From Azolla caroliniana (taxonomy: Eukaryota; Plantae; Polypodiophyta): a stretch of DNA of 64,000 bases. How positions within the stretch are numbered: position 1 is the stretch's first letter; each line of letters begins with the position of its first letter. This document shows, in pieces, positions 1-13,700 of the stretch. The stretch lies in assembly GCA_043228905.1 (NCBI GenBank), contig JBHGNT010000001.1:26970001-27034000 (forward strand), read 5' to 3'. Both the position numbers and the translations under genes were made by a program. Below the pieces are notes generated by a model, which saw only the letters and a program-made list of their open reading frames with translations, had not been told where the DNA came from and made no database searches.

Positions 1-1066
1 CTGTATGAGTCAACTCATTTATAAAAATGAACAATCTCATTGTGGATGTGTCTGAAGCTGACCAAGTCTATGGAAGATCACATTCAAAAACGTTAGCACA
101 AAAACAGTTTGAACATGGCTAAGCTATCTTTGACGACAAAATCTGTATTTACTATCTCTGGAGAAACTGCATTGATAGCGTGCATCAAGTTAAGCCACTT
201 TAAGAACATGAACGCTTGCATTTATAATACTTAATATTGACATATAATTGTTTCTCAATGACTTAATATACGTTCAGATGGTATTTTTCCCAGAGTTTGG
301 ACGTCTCTTTCCCTGATGAGAAAACAATTCAATAGTTTGCCATCACGTCGTTAGAAAATTTCTGTATGACTTACTATAAGTTCAGGTGGATTTTTTCCCG
401 AGTTCGGGCATTTCTTTCTCTGATGTGAAAACAATCCACTGTTTGCCCTCCCCTCCTTAGAAAAACAGCATATTGCCAGTGTTCATGACATCAAGTTTCT
501 TCAAGAGCGTTGAGATCAAGGATATGCAAAAATCTAAAAGGTAATATAAAGATTCACGTCTATATGAGAAAATATTAATGATTATACAAATCCTGAGTTT
601 GGACATGGCTTTGACCAATGTCAGAAAAGGTTTTGACTGTTTGTCACTCTTATCAAGTCCACTGACGAACATGAAACTCAAACTCAAGTTTTCCATATAT
701 TCAAGCTCTCACTCTTGAAAGTTTAGTGTCTTTATGACTAAATAATTAATTATCTACTGAATGTGGATGAACACACAACTTTCTTTGATGAATACAATAT
801 CTGAGTATTTGTCATCTTCTCCTACAAATCTATTGAAAGAAGATCAAAGATCAAAATTTTCAAGAGTCGAAATTTAAAGATATTAGCTCGAGTTCATACA
901 CGCAGACATGTGTCTATATGACTGAGGAATGAGCATAGAGTCCCAAGGTGGAGTTTTGGACCTGATTTTAGACATATCTTTCTTTTATGACCAGAAACTT
1001 TGAGTTTCTCATCTTATCCTAAGAAAAGCCAAATATATATGACTACGAAATGGACGAATATCTAAC

Positions 1067-1559
1067 CTGCATTTGTCGGAGTAGAAGAAGAAGAAGAATA
1101 GGAAGAGGACGAAGCCGATGATGATGATGAAGACGCTAAGCTCTGATTGCAAATCATAGCAAAATTCACAGGTTTCCCAACATAATTGAATATTGCACTG
1201 GATCCTGTGAATGAAGTGACGACAGCTTCTTCCTTGGAGAAACGGCAAAACGGAGATACATTCCTTGACGTTTCTCTAAAGATAGGGGAATAATTCCTTG
1301 TTCTCGATAAAGTAGATCCAACCGTTTGGAAACGGCCGGAAGTCCATGGTTTTGCGGAAGGAGATCCGACGGTTATTACCTTGGGATTACAGCTTGTTGC
1401 TCTTGCCGAGGGAATGGCGCAGCGAGATAGGGTTTTCTCCGTCAGACGATGAGTGGGACGGTGATGAAGCAGGAGATGGAGATGGTGATGATGATGATGA
1501 TGGTGGTGAATTGCAGCTACGGATGTGGAGCTTCTTCTGGTAGATAAATCCACGAGAGC

Positions 1560-1591
<32 letters not shown>

Positions 1592-1637
1592 CGAGGGGTC
1601 TGCAGAAGAAGAGGAGGCGGAGGTTCCACGGCATCAT
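1067..1637 (-). CDS. First coding exon of a gene continuing off the left edge; Ser/Arg-rich organellar transit-peptide-like N-terminus with poly-Ser and poly-His tracts; product unidentified
   Basis: ORF MMPWNLRLLFFCRPLVTSSSS...TPTNA ends at a GCAG|GTTAG donor; CT-rich 5' leader; no recognisable domain in this exon. Confidence 0.6.
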
Positions 1638-1809
1638 CGTAGCGTCCAAGTCGCGGGAGACGAAGAATCGAAGGAGAGAAGAGGAAGGTGAAATATGTAC
1701 TACTGTACATATAATATAACACATACATATATTTATGTTCTCCTATTATGTGTTTGTGAGAGAGAGAGAGAGAGAAAGAAAGATACATTAATGTCTTCTA
1801 ACACCAAAT

Positions 1810-2100
1810 TTAGCCCACTGTTTCAGCCATGGTTTGTCTCATACATAATACATATTAATAATGTATTTGTATAATTTGTATGCATAATGTGTGCGCTCTC
1901 TAGGGTTACTTAGGGTTAGGGTTCTCGGAATAGAATAAGTCCACCTCGTTCGAATTGTGTGCAAGCTTTTGGCACAACCTTGTTTTAAAGCCGATCGATA
2001 CGCAGGTGAGCCCCTGCCCCCCCCCTTCATTGTGATGGGCTACGACTGAATCCAATCCTTACCCACAAAATTATGACCCGACTGAATAGTGATGGGCTAC
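1810..2100 (-). promoter_or_regulatory. Putative promoter with telo-box-like TAGGGTT motifs and site II (TGGGCY) motifs
   Basis: tagggttacttagggttagggtt at ~1901-1923; atgggct twice (~2035, ~2093) and agccca at ~1811, upstream of the exon above. Confidence 0.35.
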
Positions 2101-2123
2101 GCCTCATGATGCGCTGCTAGACA

Positions 2124-2674
2124 TAGCTAATGGGCACGGTTTCATCTCGAACCGTTAAGCCATGGTTTAACAATTTATTGGTTCCCAAAAAAAATTAATG
2201 GTTTGGGTTTTCAATAAACGGTTCGCTTTCGGTTCGGTTCAGTTCTAAAACTCGGGTTTATAGGTTTTTTTACCTTAATAGTTTGTTAATTTAATGGTTT
2301 AATTAATGGGTTTTTATTGATTTAATTAATTAAACTTAAATGTTTATTTAATTTAATGGTTCAATTAAAGTTTCTTTTATTGATTTAATAAAATTAACTT
2401 AAATGCTTATTTAATTTAATGTATTTTTGTTTATTTAGATGTTTAATTAGTTTGATTTAAATGGTTAGGTTTAAAAAAAAATTTAAATGGTTCGGTTTGG
2501 TTTCAATGTTTCCTTAAACGGTTTGGTTTTAAATGGTTTGGTTTAAAAAATTTATTAAATGGTTCTGTTTGGTTTCAACTTTTCCCTAAACGGTTTGGTT
2601 TGGTTTTTGTTTTATATAAACGGTTCGGTTCGATTTCTTTGCCTTAAAACCGAACCGAACCGTGCCCATTGCTA
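2124..2674. mobile_element. Non-autonomous hAT-like MITE
   Basis: Terminal inverted repeats tagctaatgggcacggtt / aaccgtgcccattgcta; many subterminal ggttc/ggttt/aaccg motifs; AT-rich core; no clear TSD. Confidence 0.65.
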
Positions 2675-4612
2675 GGGCCCTTTGTCCCAAAAGGATGCTC
2701 TAACCGAAAAACTATGATACTTGCAATGGAATCAAAGTTTGAGGTTGGCAATAACAGACAACCTCGAAGCCTTCGGGATGTTTTTATAATAACATGCATG
2801 ATATGTTTGTTTTCGTATGGCAAAAGAGATGATTTCCTAGACTAGTTTGCTTGTGGAATCTTGTTGTGATATTTCTATGACAAATAAATGACGCCCCATT
2901 TTAGGTCTCTTCAAAGTTATTTTCGGAACAATATATAACTTTGCCTTGAATATATGTCTTCTTAAATAATAACTTGATTTATTTTATACCATGAAGACAA
3001 TCAAAGTGATTTTGACATGTTGTAGTGGAATATGGGTTCCCATTTTTATGGCGTGTTATACAACATACAATACAATGGTAGGGGGAAATGGTAATGAGCC
3101 CAAATGATATAGCTTTTGGCATATTATAGAATATTGTTTGTAATAGACCATTGTATTTGAATATTAAAAAATTAATGAGATGAGATCATTCTGGTGCCAT
3201 TGCATCGGGTTTTTTTTATGCTTCAAGTGTGATAATTTTAGGCCTCTTTAAATGGCTTTATACCATCAAACACCTCCAAACAATACAATATAAGCATGTA
3301 GTAAATAAAGGGGATGTATCAGAAAATTAAAACTTAAAGATTTTGGAACAAAAACAAAGATTTGTTGAGGAATAGGAGAAATAATTATTGTGCGTGAGCC
3401 TTACAAGGAAACCCCATCCATGCCAGATATTCTAGGTCCCCAAAGGAGAAAGGTTGACAACCCCAATGCTAGAGTTTTCGTGGCAATCTTCTTTGGTTAC
3501 ATAATGTACCTCTCAATGGTCAATTTATAGGGAAATCAACATTGAATACACACTAAGTCTACCCCATGATGTCAACCATTAAAACTAGAAATTGATAGGA
3601 ATTAAAAAAAGTCACTAAATGGAGAAACAACATTATATTTGAAAATTCAAACCATAATATATGTGTGTCGATACATTAGTCTTCATATTATAATGTAGAA
3701 GTTTCCAAGTTTGTTAGAAAATCAAAGTGACACATGGGAACACAATACCTTCTATGTTGTAAAGTCAAAGTGACACCTCGCAACATGTGTAATTAGTTTC
3801 CATTTATCAATCATCTTTTGTGTAAATCACCTCAAGGGCATCTCAATTGGGTGGACATCATCTTTAATAAAGTTTTTTCTTATTCTTCTAAATCCTCTTG
3901 CTTCAAAGACCTAGCGTGATGAGGCAAGAACTAGATCATGATATCTTCCGGTCCCATCATTCTATTGTGGTTTACTTGCCTCTTGCCTAGATTGAATATA
4001 GTACATCAAGGAAATAATGATTATTTAAGTGTTAAGCAAAATTGTGGTTCTAAGTATGTAATATACAACGAAAATATTCTTTGTTGGTTCGTTGTTATAA
4101 GAATCAGGTGGATAAACACCATATTATTTGTGAGATAAGCAAGAGGGGATGCCAATCACTCTTAAGCGTGTCGATGGAGTGAAGTAGCTCACTTGGTGAA
4201 CTATCTCCTTAACCTCACTATTACATTGGTTTTTGTGAAAGAGACTTTAACCTATGCCACCACATTAACATAATCACATAATTAAAATTAGAATAACACG
4301 AGAAATGAGAAATAATAACACATTAAGAGAAAAACCTACCACACTCGGAGTACAAGAAATAAAGCTTCAACACTTGAAATGGAATCTTATGGTTTGAGCT
4401 ATGGTTTATGACGAGGGTCAAGGTTTTAGGAGAGAAAGATAGATAAGATGAATGCTCTTTATAAATTTAATATCTTAATCTTTATATCCTCTATGTGTCA
4501 AAAAGAAATAGTTGTAGTTTAGTAAAATAATGGAGTATCATGCAAGTGAAATTATAAACCTTTTGGGAGGGTTCTTCCTCAATTTAACATAGTCCCTCAA
4601 GCTAAAGCTTAA

Positions 4613-4615
<3 letters not shown>

Positions 4616-4687
<72 letters not shown>
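4616..4687. repeat. (CT)n microsatellite
   Basis: About 36 perfect CT units. Confidence 0.95.
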
Positions 4688-4690
<3 letters not shown>

Positions 4691-5744
4691 CATAGACTTA
4701 ATTATAAATTAACATGTTAGTCTTTGTATCATTAATGATTGGAAATGATTTAAGTGGAATAATGGAAGTTAGACATCTTGTCTTATATGTGTGATTAAGT
4801 CATAGGCTTAGTTTAGAGTTTTCTTTTGTGGTTAGTCCACACGTAAGTAGCAGCTAGAGGGTGTTTGACACTTACCCTTGCCGTCTCATCAACTAAAGGG
4901 TAGATGATTGTATGTCCCTACACATTGGCCTTGAGGTGATTCTCAAGAATGCCGATTCATGAAATTATGGTCAATGTCAAGCAAACAAAGGGGAGGATAT
5001 GTGAAGGATAAGAGAGGATCAAATGATGAGTATGCAAGAGACGATGAATGGATCATATCAAATCAGGATAGGATAACTTTGTGTTATGGAGTCCAAAGCA
5101 CCACCATTGCACTATAAAACCATGATGAAACAAAAGGTATATAAATTGATTTATTGGTTGATGGACCAATATTATCATCCTTGGAGGTCAAATATGACCT
5201 ATGGGACCAAAAGCGAATCATTTTTACATGTATTTGTGGAATTGAGTGACTCTTGGTGTTCAAGAATTTTAGAGATAAACATTGTTGTTGTGAGGGAAAT
5301 GTGTGTTTGGAGTGCCAAACATTATCAAAGCGTGATACTTTGACTCTTGCACTTGTTCAAGGAAAATTACCCTCACATGTGACCCAATGCCCTATCTCAC
5401 ATTGAAGAGAATTTGAGCTAAGTCATATTGAAGCAATGGTTGGATGCTAGACAAAGGGATGGGCTCTAGCATGTATTGATGAGCTTTGTTTCCCATTCAC
5501 AAAAAAAACAATTTGTAGTTTGGTGCAACATGTGTAATATAATGTTTGAAACACAAGCATTTGCATCTTTTTGAGGTTATCATACATTGTTGTGGTGTTG
5601 CAAAAAGCCTCATTCATCAAGGAACCTACGGATGCATCACGAAGCAAATGTGATCAATTTAATTTTCCAAATCTCATTTTTGTCTTGTGAAATGATGAAT
5701 ATGTAAACCAAAACATGCTCAAATTGTCATCGTTCTCTAGGTGT

Positions 5745-6137
5745 ACTACATCTAATCTAACTTGGGAGACGTGTAATCCTTGGAAGAATTATTGGGGTTA
5801 GCAATTACGATAATCTAGTGTTCTCTTCATGCTTATTAAAGGAGGTTGCCCATAATTACACACCACACGTATTGTAGAGATTGAGACAAGGTAACTTGAA
5901 TATCCACCAATACACCATCTATGCAAAGGGACACCAACAACCCATTACATCCAATCTTGTTTGGACATTTATCCCTTGTAAGAATTTATGGGATTGACTA
6001 TTATGATCATCTAGTTTTTGCTTCATGCTTATTAAATGAGAGTGTCATAATTATGCAGCACAAGCATTGTAGAGATTGGGACATTGTAACTAGAATATCC
6101 AACAATACAACATTTATGTGGAGAGATACCAACCATT
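5745..6137. repeat. Diverged two-copy direct repeat, period ~197 bp
   Basis: cttcatgcttattaaa, ttgtagagattg and gaatatcca.caataca blocks occur twice in the same order. Confidence 0.6.
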
Positions 6138-6812
6138 GGATGTGTCACCTTTTAGTGTGCATTGGAGCATGAGAAATCCCATGGTGACATGTAAATTGTT
6201 GAGCATTAAAAAAAAACCCTGAATGCCAACTTGCCTATTAAGCTACAATGAGGGAAAGTGTGGTCATGTGGGCATATGGTTGCTAAACTAAAAAATGACA
6301 AATGTTAGGATATGTGAATGTGTGGAAGATGGATGGATAAATTGTGCAAGATAAGTTGTGAAAAGAGAAGAACGTGAGGGATCTAACAAAACAAGATATA
6401 GGCACGAGATAAGAGTTATTTGCAAAACTCTAAAAACCACCCATACAAGCAAAGTACGTTTTTGTAGGCACAATTACATTTCTTTCGTCTTACATGTTCA
6501 ATGATTGCTTTGTTGACAAGTCGCTCATTTCAAGACCTTTGAACCTCGAAACCTAAAACCTCGTACATATTGCATTTGAAGGCATGAAAATAGATTCATG
6601 CCCTTCTTTGGGATTATTTATGCATCTAAATTAGACCTCACAAATATTCACATGATTTAAAGATTTGCCTGTTCTATTCTAACCATGCGAATATACTTAT
6701 CCATGGCCCATAACCCTCCTCTGTGAATGAATCATAAAGCATTCAACAACTATTGCAAGATTGTGACCAAAATCTACATAAACTATGTGGTTATCCATGC
6801 TTTCAACCAAGG

Positions 6813-7491
6813 AATGTGTTTACTAAATACATAAGATCATCAGTATGTCAAACATATAAATATATAACTAAGTGAACAGACTCATATATACATTGCCTCT
6901 GATTAACTGAACACAAACATATATAAATTGCCATCTCTGAAGGTTTCAAATGTGTTTACTAAATACATAAGATCATCAGTATGTAAAACATGTAAATATA
7001 TAACTAAGTGAACAGACCCATATATACATTGCCTCTGATTAACTGAACACAAACATATATAAATTGCCATCTCTGAAGGTTTCAAATGTGTTTACTAAAT
7101 ACATAAGATCATCAGTATGTAAAACATGTAAATATATAACTAAGTGAACAGACCCATATATACATTGCCTCTGATTAACTGAACACAAACATATATAAAT
7201 TGCCATCTCTGAAGGTTTCAAATGTGTTTACTAAATACATAAGATCATCAGTATGTAAAACATGTAAATATATAACTAAGTGAACAGACCCATATATACA
7301 TTGCCTCTGATTAACTGAACACAAACATATATAAATTGCCATCTCTGAAGGTTTCAAATGTGTTTACTAAATACATAAGATCATCAGTATGTAAAACATG
7401 TAAATATATAACTAAGTGAACAGACCCATATATACATTGCCTCTGATTAACTGAACACAAACATATATAAATTGCCATCTCTGAAGGTTTC
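6813..7491. repeat. Tandem array of five 136-bp units downstream of the eIF2D stop
   Basis: Unit starts aatgtgtttactaaatacataagatc at 6813, 6949, 7085, 7221 and 7357; identical ORF translations spaced 136 bp apart. Confidence 0.95.
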
Positions 7492-7753
7492 TAACTTTTG
7501 AGGAGTGTTTTCTGAATAAACAACCATCAAAACAATTTAGTGCAAGACAAAACTCTTCAAACCCGTTATCAGTCACTGCAATTTGAAATACAAGCATGGA
7601 TAGACTCAAGGCATGCAACATTTGTCTGAATATCAATATATTTCATTAGATGGTGTCTTCGATTAAAAAGATACATGGCTCATCGTATCAATTAGCTAAA
7701 AACATCTTTCTACACTTCAAAAACCCAATAAAGAGCTAGAAGCTTCTATTTCT

Positions 7754-10700
7754 TTATCGTTTCGTTTTATCCAGGATTTCAATGTACTTCTTAGGAATGC
7801 CATATTGTTGAACAAGGTGCTTCCCAAGATCCTCTATCACACCACCTTGAACAAGGACCTCATATTGCCCTTTTTTTCCTGTGATATTCAACACAAACAC
7901 GATAGTTTCAATATATAAGAGCCCATACATAACAAAAACAATCATAAAGGAAACAAAAGAAGAGAGAAAATTCACCAGATAACTCAGCAACTGAAGTACT
8001 ACAAGCAAACTTCTTTTGTAGTTCATTTGCCAGTACATCTGCATCAACAAGGAAAGCTTCAATTCCTGACACTCTTGTAACTTTTTTACTGCCTTGTCGT
8101 CGCTCGGTCATTATCTGTACACTTTTAATTGCACCTTTCCTAAGGGCTGACTCAGTACCTCTTACAACTTTGAAATGGGCCTGCAGCCGATTCAAAAATG
8201 AACTACCCAAATCTTTCTTATGTATATGTGTTGGATAACTATCTCCCTTCTTGATTGTGCCTTTATATAATGCATCGCATAGCAGTGCATCAAGGACAAC
8301 AAAGGACTTATCACTTTGTAATGAAAGGTTGCCTTTTTCTACATAAGAAAAGACAACATCTGTTGCCTCAGATGCAGTGTAGAATCTGCTTGGATCAGCA
8401 CCCACTGCCTCAAATATTGGAATAACATGAGAACTACATTTCCAGAGTTCTATGATCTCTACTTGCCCACTTGGTGGTTGTCCATCCTTCACTATAGGCA
8501 CAGGATTTGCCTCTTGAACTTGAATCTTCTTTACTGGCTTGAATGCTAGAAAATCTGGATGCCCACGATTGAATCCTAGTAACATAACCTCTTTCCGATG
8601 TTTGTCTTCCTTCGCTGAGATCTGTCGTGTGAAAAAACAAGGCATCCTGTGAAAATTCGCACAATGTGCTGCATAACCCCTCATTTACCAAAATAAAAAC
8701 GAATTAACCTTTCCAAACTAATAAAAGAAAGTGAGAAAAAATAGAAGTTGAAAACGTGCAATAAGTTATACAACAATTGATGAAATAGGAGTGAACTCTT
8801 ATTTAAAATGTAAGTTTAACGAGCTTCAGGGCTTTTCAAAATACACTTTCAAAAAGTAAAAGATTTTAACATTAACTATGAAGTGAGCATCCACAATCTG
8901 CCTTATTGATTACTCTTCTTAGTATTCTGAAGCCATGCAAGAATAACAGTCGGCTATGTTATACCAGACCAATTGAAGACTTTGATTGCAGCCACTTGGA
9001 AAGCTTCTTGTGGGATGATTTTTTTAAATCTAATGTTACTCCAGCAGGCCTGCAAGGTAATATGTGGCCAGACCTGTTTCCAGAAAAAATAACTATGTTA
9101 CGAGAACCCACGATAAAATTCTTTCCTTCATACTCAAACAGGGAGTAATCTGTAGAATACCTCTAGCCCAAATGACCCTAGGTTGTCATTATTTGCCCAA
9201 ATACCCTTTATAGTAATTATATGATATGCAAACAATTACATGGTTGATTCGTCCCTTATAAGCAATCATGAGTTATTTGAGCAAATTATGGTCAATTCAA
9301 CCCCTTCTCTCTTACTGGATTTGATCAAGCATGTTTGGGAAATAACCAAAATTTGGTGCATTTGTAGAGATAAAGAAAAACCCAGGGATATTTCTGGAAA
9401 TTTCTCATAAAATAATAATGATAATTACAGCAGAGATGGATCATGTGCAGACTCGCACATACATATATCATACAACATTATTTCTATGAAACGCCAATCC
9501 AAGCGAACGTTAGTAATTATTGTGTGAAACCAAGAGCATATAACATGAATATGAAAACCATGACTTTTACAAAAAGCTAATCCAAGCAAAAATAGTAGGA
9601 ATTACCACAAAGTGCTGCCTGGCATAGGCAGATCCTTTTCTTTGACAGTGGTATGGAGGGCCTGTAGCATACATCTGTCCAGAAGGGCATCAACCTCTTC
9701 CACTGTCATAGGTGTCTCTGTAGGTAAATCCTCTTCCATAGAACCATCATCAATTTTTGCATTGCCAATTTCCGTAACTAAGCTTTCCACATTGGATTTG
9801 CTTGAGCCTTCATCAGATGTTTCCTGAGAGGTTAAGCCAATGACTTCATTTGTCCTCGGTTTTTCTTCCTCTTGCTCAATGATATCATCATCATCATTAT
9901 CATCATCATCATCATGTGAAGGTATATCATTCTCATCAGAAGGTTCTTCAATAGACTCTCCTTTAAGAAATGCAGGATCTCGGGTAACCATATCTTCCAA
10001 GAATCCAGCATTGGGAACATAGCGCCCTTCAGCTGATTCCCTGCAAAGATATTAAGCATTAGCAATACGAAGAATACACTTGTCCTACCAAACATGTTTC
10101 ATGCCTGTTAAGTGAAACTTATATTCACGCAAGCACATAATGTTCATCCACAACCTATTAATGTATCATAATGGGACTGGAATAATTGGCTTCTGTTTTC
10201 TATGACATCAAGGTTCCACAAAAATGGGAAGTTGTTCTAGAAAAACAGTCATCATTTACATGCATGCTACAACAGGCAGCTTATTAGGGGTATTTATTGC
10301 CATATTAGCTACTAGCATAGTAAATTGATTATGGATATTAAGATCTAATCCATTACTTGCTCTCATTTTGAGGAGTTTGGGCCTACACCAACCTGACAGC
10401 CCAAATTTGTCAGACATACAACCAGCCAACTACTCTCACCCGGGGCCTGTATAAAGGTCCCTTCCCTAATCATTTTATCATACAATTTGAGTCGTCAACT
10501 TGTGGAATTGGCTAATCAAATATTAATGAAGCAGTGAAGGCCTCTTGAGTGGGAGGAGAAAGATCAGAAGGCACTCGTGTACACTTTTTTGACCGTGGTT
10601 GATCCTATCATTCAAGAAGTTTGGGCAGAGGAGCTGTGCCCTCTGGATGCAAATCCTTGAAATGCCCAAATACCACACATTATATGTTTGGCACAAGACA

Positions 10701-13700
10701 TGGCAAAAATTCAATTTGAACAGTCAAGGAGAAGGCAGTAGCAGGGGGCAAGAAACTTGGGTCTAAATGCATGAACCTAATGTTATTATTAATCTTTGCA
10801 AGAAGTACATTACCTACTTCAAATGTCTGGTAACATCATCTCATTCTGAACCGAAGAAATAAATAGTTAATTCAAGCTGGAAGTCACTTCAAGGATGTGG
10901 AGTGTTATTATTATTTCATAAGAACAGTCACTTCAAGTTTGAAAGCTGGATGTCACAGACGGCAGATGCAGATGATTGCAGATATTCTCCTCCATCTGGA
11001 AGTTGGATTGTAGATGGGTAACTATCACTCATATGACACAACTTGGGACTGGTTCACCTCACTCTCCTTTTCAGGACACAAAAGCATTAGTCTAGGAGAC
11101 TCCCAAAGAGCAACCCACTTTGATTTTCAATTCGTGCTTTGCTGAGTTATATTCAGTGGTGGCTTCAACCTATTATCTATTGTGAGTCTCAACAAACTCA
11201 GAACTAAAGTTGTCTTTAAGAAATGGCAAGGTGCCCATGTTTTTGTAAGGCATCTGATAAAAAAGTTTTACAAGGAGCACATGGAGAATCTCTCTTCAAA
11301 GCCACAACTATGCTATGTCATTGTGAACATTTCTTTCTCTTTATGGAAGCTTTGTTTGATCATGTCAACTATGATATGTTGAAGTCAGCATCCAACAACT
11401 CCCCCAAGCATGTTCTCCCCACGAGGTCTGAAAGATCTATTTGAAGGTTGGAGAATCCATTTCTCTTGACCAAGCTTATCTATGCACTTTCTCTACAGAG
11501 GCTGAATATATTTCAGCCACAGGCTTCCAAAGAAGCCATTTGGTTAGCCCGCTTGTGCAGTGAGTTTGGACACCTGAAAAGGCACCTATTCTTGGATGTG
11601 ATAGCCAGAGTGCTATATGTTTGGCAAAGAATGCAATGTTTCATGCTTGCAAAAAACATATTGATGTGAGATACCACTTCATCAGAGACGTGCTAGATGA
11701 TGGCTTAACCACTTTGATCAAGGTCAATACTTCACAGAATCCTGAAAATGCTCTCACAAAGTGTCTACCCAAGGCATAACATCAGCTATGTATACAGGTG
11801 GTGGGAGTTACTTAGCTTAAAGGAGTCTCCTTGGTCCTTTAGGTGGGAGGCTTTTGGGGATAAAGATCCCAAAGACTCCTTTTGATGTGAAAGCTCCCTT
11901 TGGCCCCAATTTGGGGGGTTATAGGCATTTACATTATCTTTATAACTTTTGGTCATTGGCCATGAATGAACATACCCAATGACCTAAAAATTACTTATCA
12001 ATAAGAATTGCTTCCAAATCTCTCATAATGAGATAGGGACTTTTAACGGCTAGGGTTTCTTCTCCATTTTCTGCACAGTTTTCTTTACTTTCTCTCTCCT
12101 CACACAACACCCCACTCCCTGGGTGTTTTGGATCTAACCACACCATCACATCTCTCTTTCATGGGTAATATATATGCTTGATACACGAGCAAAGATGGAT
12201 GTGAGGCGCATCAATGGGAAATTTGAGACACATGATATAAGCCCTGATGAGAATATTCCAAAGCGTGATGTTGGCGTTCTAGATGATCACAAAAGAGCAT
12301 ACGCTCCATGATTGATGATAGCACTTATAGAGTATTTATGAGGATGATATCCCAGATGAACCTAAACTTCAAGCCATTATCCAAGCAGGGTTGTGGGTGG
12401 CCATTGATAATAACTACAGTCTCATTTGCAAATATTTGTTTTATTATTGAATGTGGAATGATAAGTCCAGTGCATTTGCCTTTGATTTGTTACTGCAATT
12501 GTCAAAGCCAATTGCCCGAAACTTGGTGCTCATAGGTCACTACATGTTTCTGTTTATATGAATTTCACATTCAAGCACTACCCCCATTCCAGAATATAGT
12601 CACACAAAAGTTCCCTCTCACTCACCTATCTACAGTGGGACAGGGTAATTAGGTAGCATTTTATTGGATCAGATACCTTTGAGGTTCTCTCAGAAATCAC
12701 AGCTCAAAGAGGCTTCATATTACAAGTGCCTGAAGTGGCGGGATCTGAGAATACAAGGTAATCTGTCTCTGATCTGGGGCTCTGATAAGATCTACATAGG
12801 TGGGTTGATCACAGAAGAGTCCTGATTGTCACTATCTGGAGCTCTGATAAGCTCTACAAAGGAGAGTCAACCCTCAAAAGAGGATGGTGTATGCATCTGC
12901 TGTCTTGGACCTTGGTAGGTTGAGCATCTACATCTGCAGTGTGTCTTAGTCTCCAAGTAATCAGAGACAAAGAAAGTCAATTTGCATTTGCTTAAAAAAA
13001 CACAGTTACTAGCAATGATGTAGGAAGCTGGCCAATCACAAATGTCATGCCTAAAATTTGTTAGGTATCATAGGCATATATGGTCTTTCACCAACCATAT
13101 ATGTTATCACGTCTTTCTTTCATTATCTATTTTTATAAACACCCCCATCCTTACCATAGTGTATCTCTGTAATAATGAGTTATACGCAATGCCTTCCCAC
13201 GAAGCCCTGCTTTCATTGCTTCAGAACTGCTCATAGTTGTTATTCCAACCTGGATTATAAACCCAAATTAGGGCTACTTGACCATTTTAAGTTTGTATTC
13301 ATTTGATGAAAAAAGGATTTCCAGACTTACAGCAATAGGAGACGCATTTCCAGGAACTTTTACAGCCCATGCCTCACCAGCTGTAAATGATGGAAGGCCT
13401 TCAGGAGGAATATGAATACCAGGAAACATCAGATCTGCACCGCCGAGTACATAACGCGACACTTCGCCTCCTTTGAGAACAAATGAAGGCAAAAGGGATG
13501 GAACCTTCCATAATGCAAATACTGTTCCATAATAAGTCAAAACACTCATAATGATGACATGTTATGGACATTAACCATTAAGAAATGGACAATAAAAAGA
13601 AAGAGAGTGCAAATATATATATATGTATATATTCATTAAGTCAAGAAGGTCATAATGATGACTCGTTTAATAAGTATTGAGACAGATAACACAGGAAACT

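Noticed and set aside
258-360. Intronic C/D box snoRNA pair
   Set aside because: The C-box-like motif is imperfect in one copy and absent in the other; no good terminal stem
6903-7636. Repeated 60-aa ORFs as a peptide gene family
   Set aside because: By-product of the 136-bp tandem array, with non-ATG starts and no coding features
9141-9406. Mutator-like MITE in eIF2D intron 5
   Set aside because: Only weak, imperfect terminal inverted similarity and no TSD
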